Shown in pieces: positions 61,848 to 64,000 of a stretch of DNA of 64,000 bases. Under the pieces are notes generated by a model. That model did no database searches. It was not told the DNA's origin and saw only the letters and a list, made by a program, of their open reading frames with translations. The stretch's first letter is position 1, and every line of letters begins with the position of its first letter. Origin of the DNA: Eledone cirrhosa (Eukaryota). The stretch spans positions 35,278,001 through 35,342,000 of the forward strand of contig OZ024745.1 in NCBI GenBank assembly GCA_964016885.1. The letters run 5' to 3'. Both the position numbers and the translations under genes were made by a program.

Positions 61848-62162
61848 TTATATATATATATGTATATCTTTATATACATATATATATCTTTATATACATA
61901 TATATATACATATGTATATTTATATATATATATACATGTATATATATAAATATGTATATATATGTGTGCATATATATATATATGTGTGTATATAAATAAA
62001 TATACATATGTATATTTATATATATATATACATGTATATATATATATATATGTATATATATGTGTGCATATATATATATATATGTGTGTGTATATAAATA
62101 AATATACATATGTATATTTATATATATATATATACATGTATATATATATATATGTATATATA

Positions 62163-62195
<33 letters not shown>

Positions 62196-62311
62196 GTGTA
62201 TATAAATAAATATATATACATATATATAAATAAATATATATACATATATATAAATAAATGTATATACATATATATAAATAAATGTATATACATATATATA
62301 ATTAAATATAC

Positions 62312-62353
<42 letters not shown>

Positions 62354-62377
62354 TATATAAATAAATATATATAGATA

Positions 62378-62454
<77 letters not shown>

Positions 62455-62889
62455 ATACATGAAACACATATTAGTTTGTAAGATTATACATCCTGAGATT
62501 GTTTTTCGTGATATGATATTCCTCCCCACACCATCATACCGTGGTGAGTGGGATTCGATTAACAATAGAAACATCATCGAACTTCACCTATAACCAACAG
62601 CTGATTGATCGAGAAAACTTATCACATATTTACATTTCTCAGGTACGTTTCCATTGTGAAAACTCTACATAATGTCTCCCATAGGACCGTCTCCTTTTGG
62701 CGGTAAATATCAGAAACATCAATCATCTAATAATTCTAACAGAACAAATACAAGAAGATATTCAACATAGGTGATATTTCAGGAACATTCTATTGAAATC
62801 CGACAATTACGAATATAATGATATCTGACACATTCCTTCAAGACAAATACCCACCCCAAAACAAAGTAAAATAAGGACAAACTGAAATA

Positions 62890-63895
62890 ATAATGATATT
62901 GTTTCTACTTTTGGTTCAAGGCCAGAAATTATATCAGGGTATTACTGGTACTTTATTTTATCGACCCCGTAAGGATGAAAGGCAAAGTTAACCTCGGCGG
63001 GATTTGAACTCAGACCGCAAAGGGACGTAACTATGTTGCAAAGCATGGCGTCCGACCCTCTACCGCTACTGCCAATCCACATGATAATAATAATAATTGT
63101 TTCTACTTTTGGCACAAGGCCAGCAATTACCCAGTGCATTACTGGTACTTTATTTTATCCACTCCGTAAGGATGAAAGGCAAAGTTAACCTCGGCGGGAT
63201 TTGAACTCAGAACATAAAGGGACGTAACTATGCAACAAATCATGGTGTCCGACTCTCTAACAATACTGCCAATCCAAATGATTTCTAGTATAGGCACAAG
63301 GTCAGTAATTTGGGGGAGGGGAATATCGATTAAATAGACTCCTGTACGTTACTGGTGCTTTATTTTATCAACCTCGTAAGGATGAAATGCTAAATTAACC
63401 TTGGCAGGATTTGAACTTAGCCCGCAAAGGGCCGTAACTCTATGCTGCAAAGCATGGTGTCGACTCTCTACCGATACTGCCAATCCACCGCCTTAAATAA
63501 TAATAATAATAATTGTTTCTTCTTTTAGCACAAGGCCAGCAATTACCTCAGTGCATTACTGGTACTTTATTTTATTGACCCCGTAAGGATGAAAGGTAAA
63601 GTTAACCTCGGCGTGATTTGAACTCAGACCATAAAGGGCCGTAACCCTATGCAGCAAAGCATGGCGCCGGACCCTCTACGATACCGAATAATAATAATAA
63701 TAATAATAATTTCTACTTTTGGCACAAGGCCAGCAATTACCCAGTGCATTATTGGTGCTTTATTTTATCGACCTCGTAAGGACGAATGGCAAAGTTAATC
63801 TCGGCGGGATTTGAACTCAGAACGTAAAGAGTCATAACTCTATGCTGCAAAGCATGTTGTCCGATGCTCTACCGATATTTGTCAACCCACCGCCT
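62890..63895 (-). mobile_element. Tandem array of five Nin-domain SINE copies (~200 bp period)
   Basis: Repeated gaaaggcaaagttaacctcggcgggatttgaactcag, mostly with (AAT)n linkers. Confidence 0.85.
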
Positions 63896-64000
63896 TTTAT
63901 TAATAATAATAACAACAATAATTTCTTTATTAACCATACAGATTTACATTAAGGACAGCACATTGAGTGTCTGTGAGTTGATGTGCGGGTAGCCTCACCA

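Overview
AT-rich, microsatellite-saturated eukaryotic DNA with no host gene I can support. The tRNA/Nin-domain SINEs and the (TA)n/(CA)n density suggest a cephalopod (octopus-like) genome, but that is inference. Recognisable coding remnants are all retroelements. They comprise four Penelope-like elements (PLEs, RT and/or GIY-YIG; one nested in another with a 13-bp duplication), a near-full-length Tx1-type LINE inserted in (ATCT)n next to an internally deleted relative, and R4/Dong, CR1 and RTE fragments. The main hidden signal is non-coding. Many of the 50-450 bp 'islands' between (TA)n tracts are PLE-terminus-like fragments carrying a type I hammerhead ribozyme (HHR), often as fold-back inverted repeats. 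By eye I can fold about 27 HHR-like motifs from more than a dozen unrelated families. They include U3-A8, A6C and extra-nucleotide core variants and four HHRs with 81-115 nt stem II domains. A 1.8-2.0 kb non-coding unit bracketed by two HHRs (retrozyme-like) is present as a ~2.1 kb inverted duplication. All folds were done manually and none is experimentally validated.
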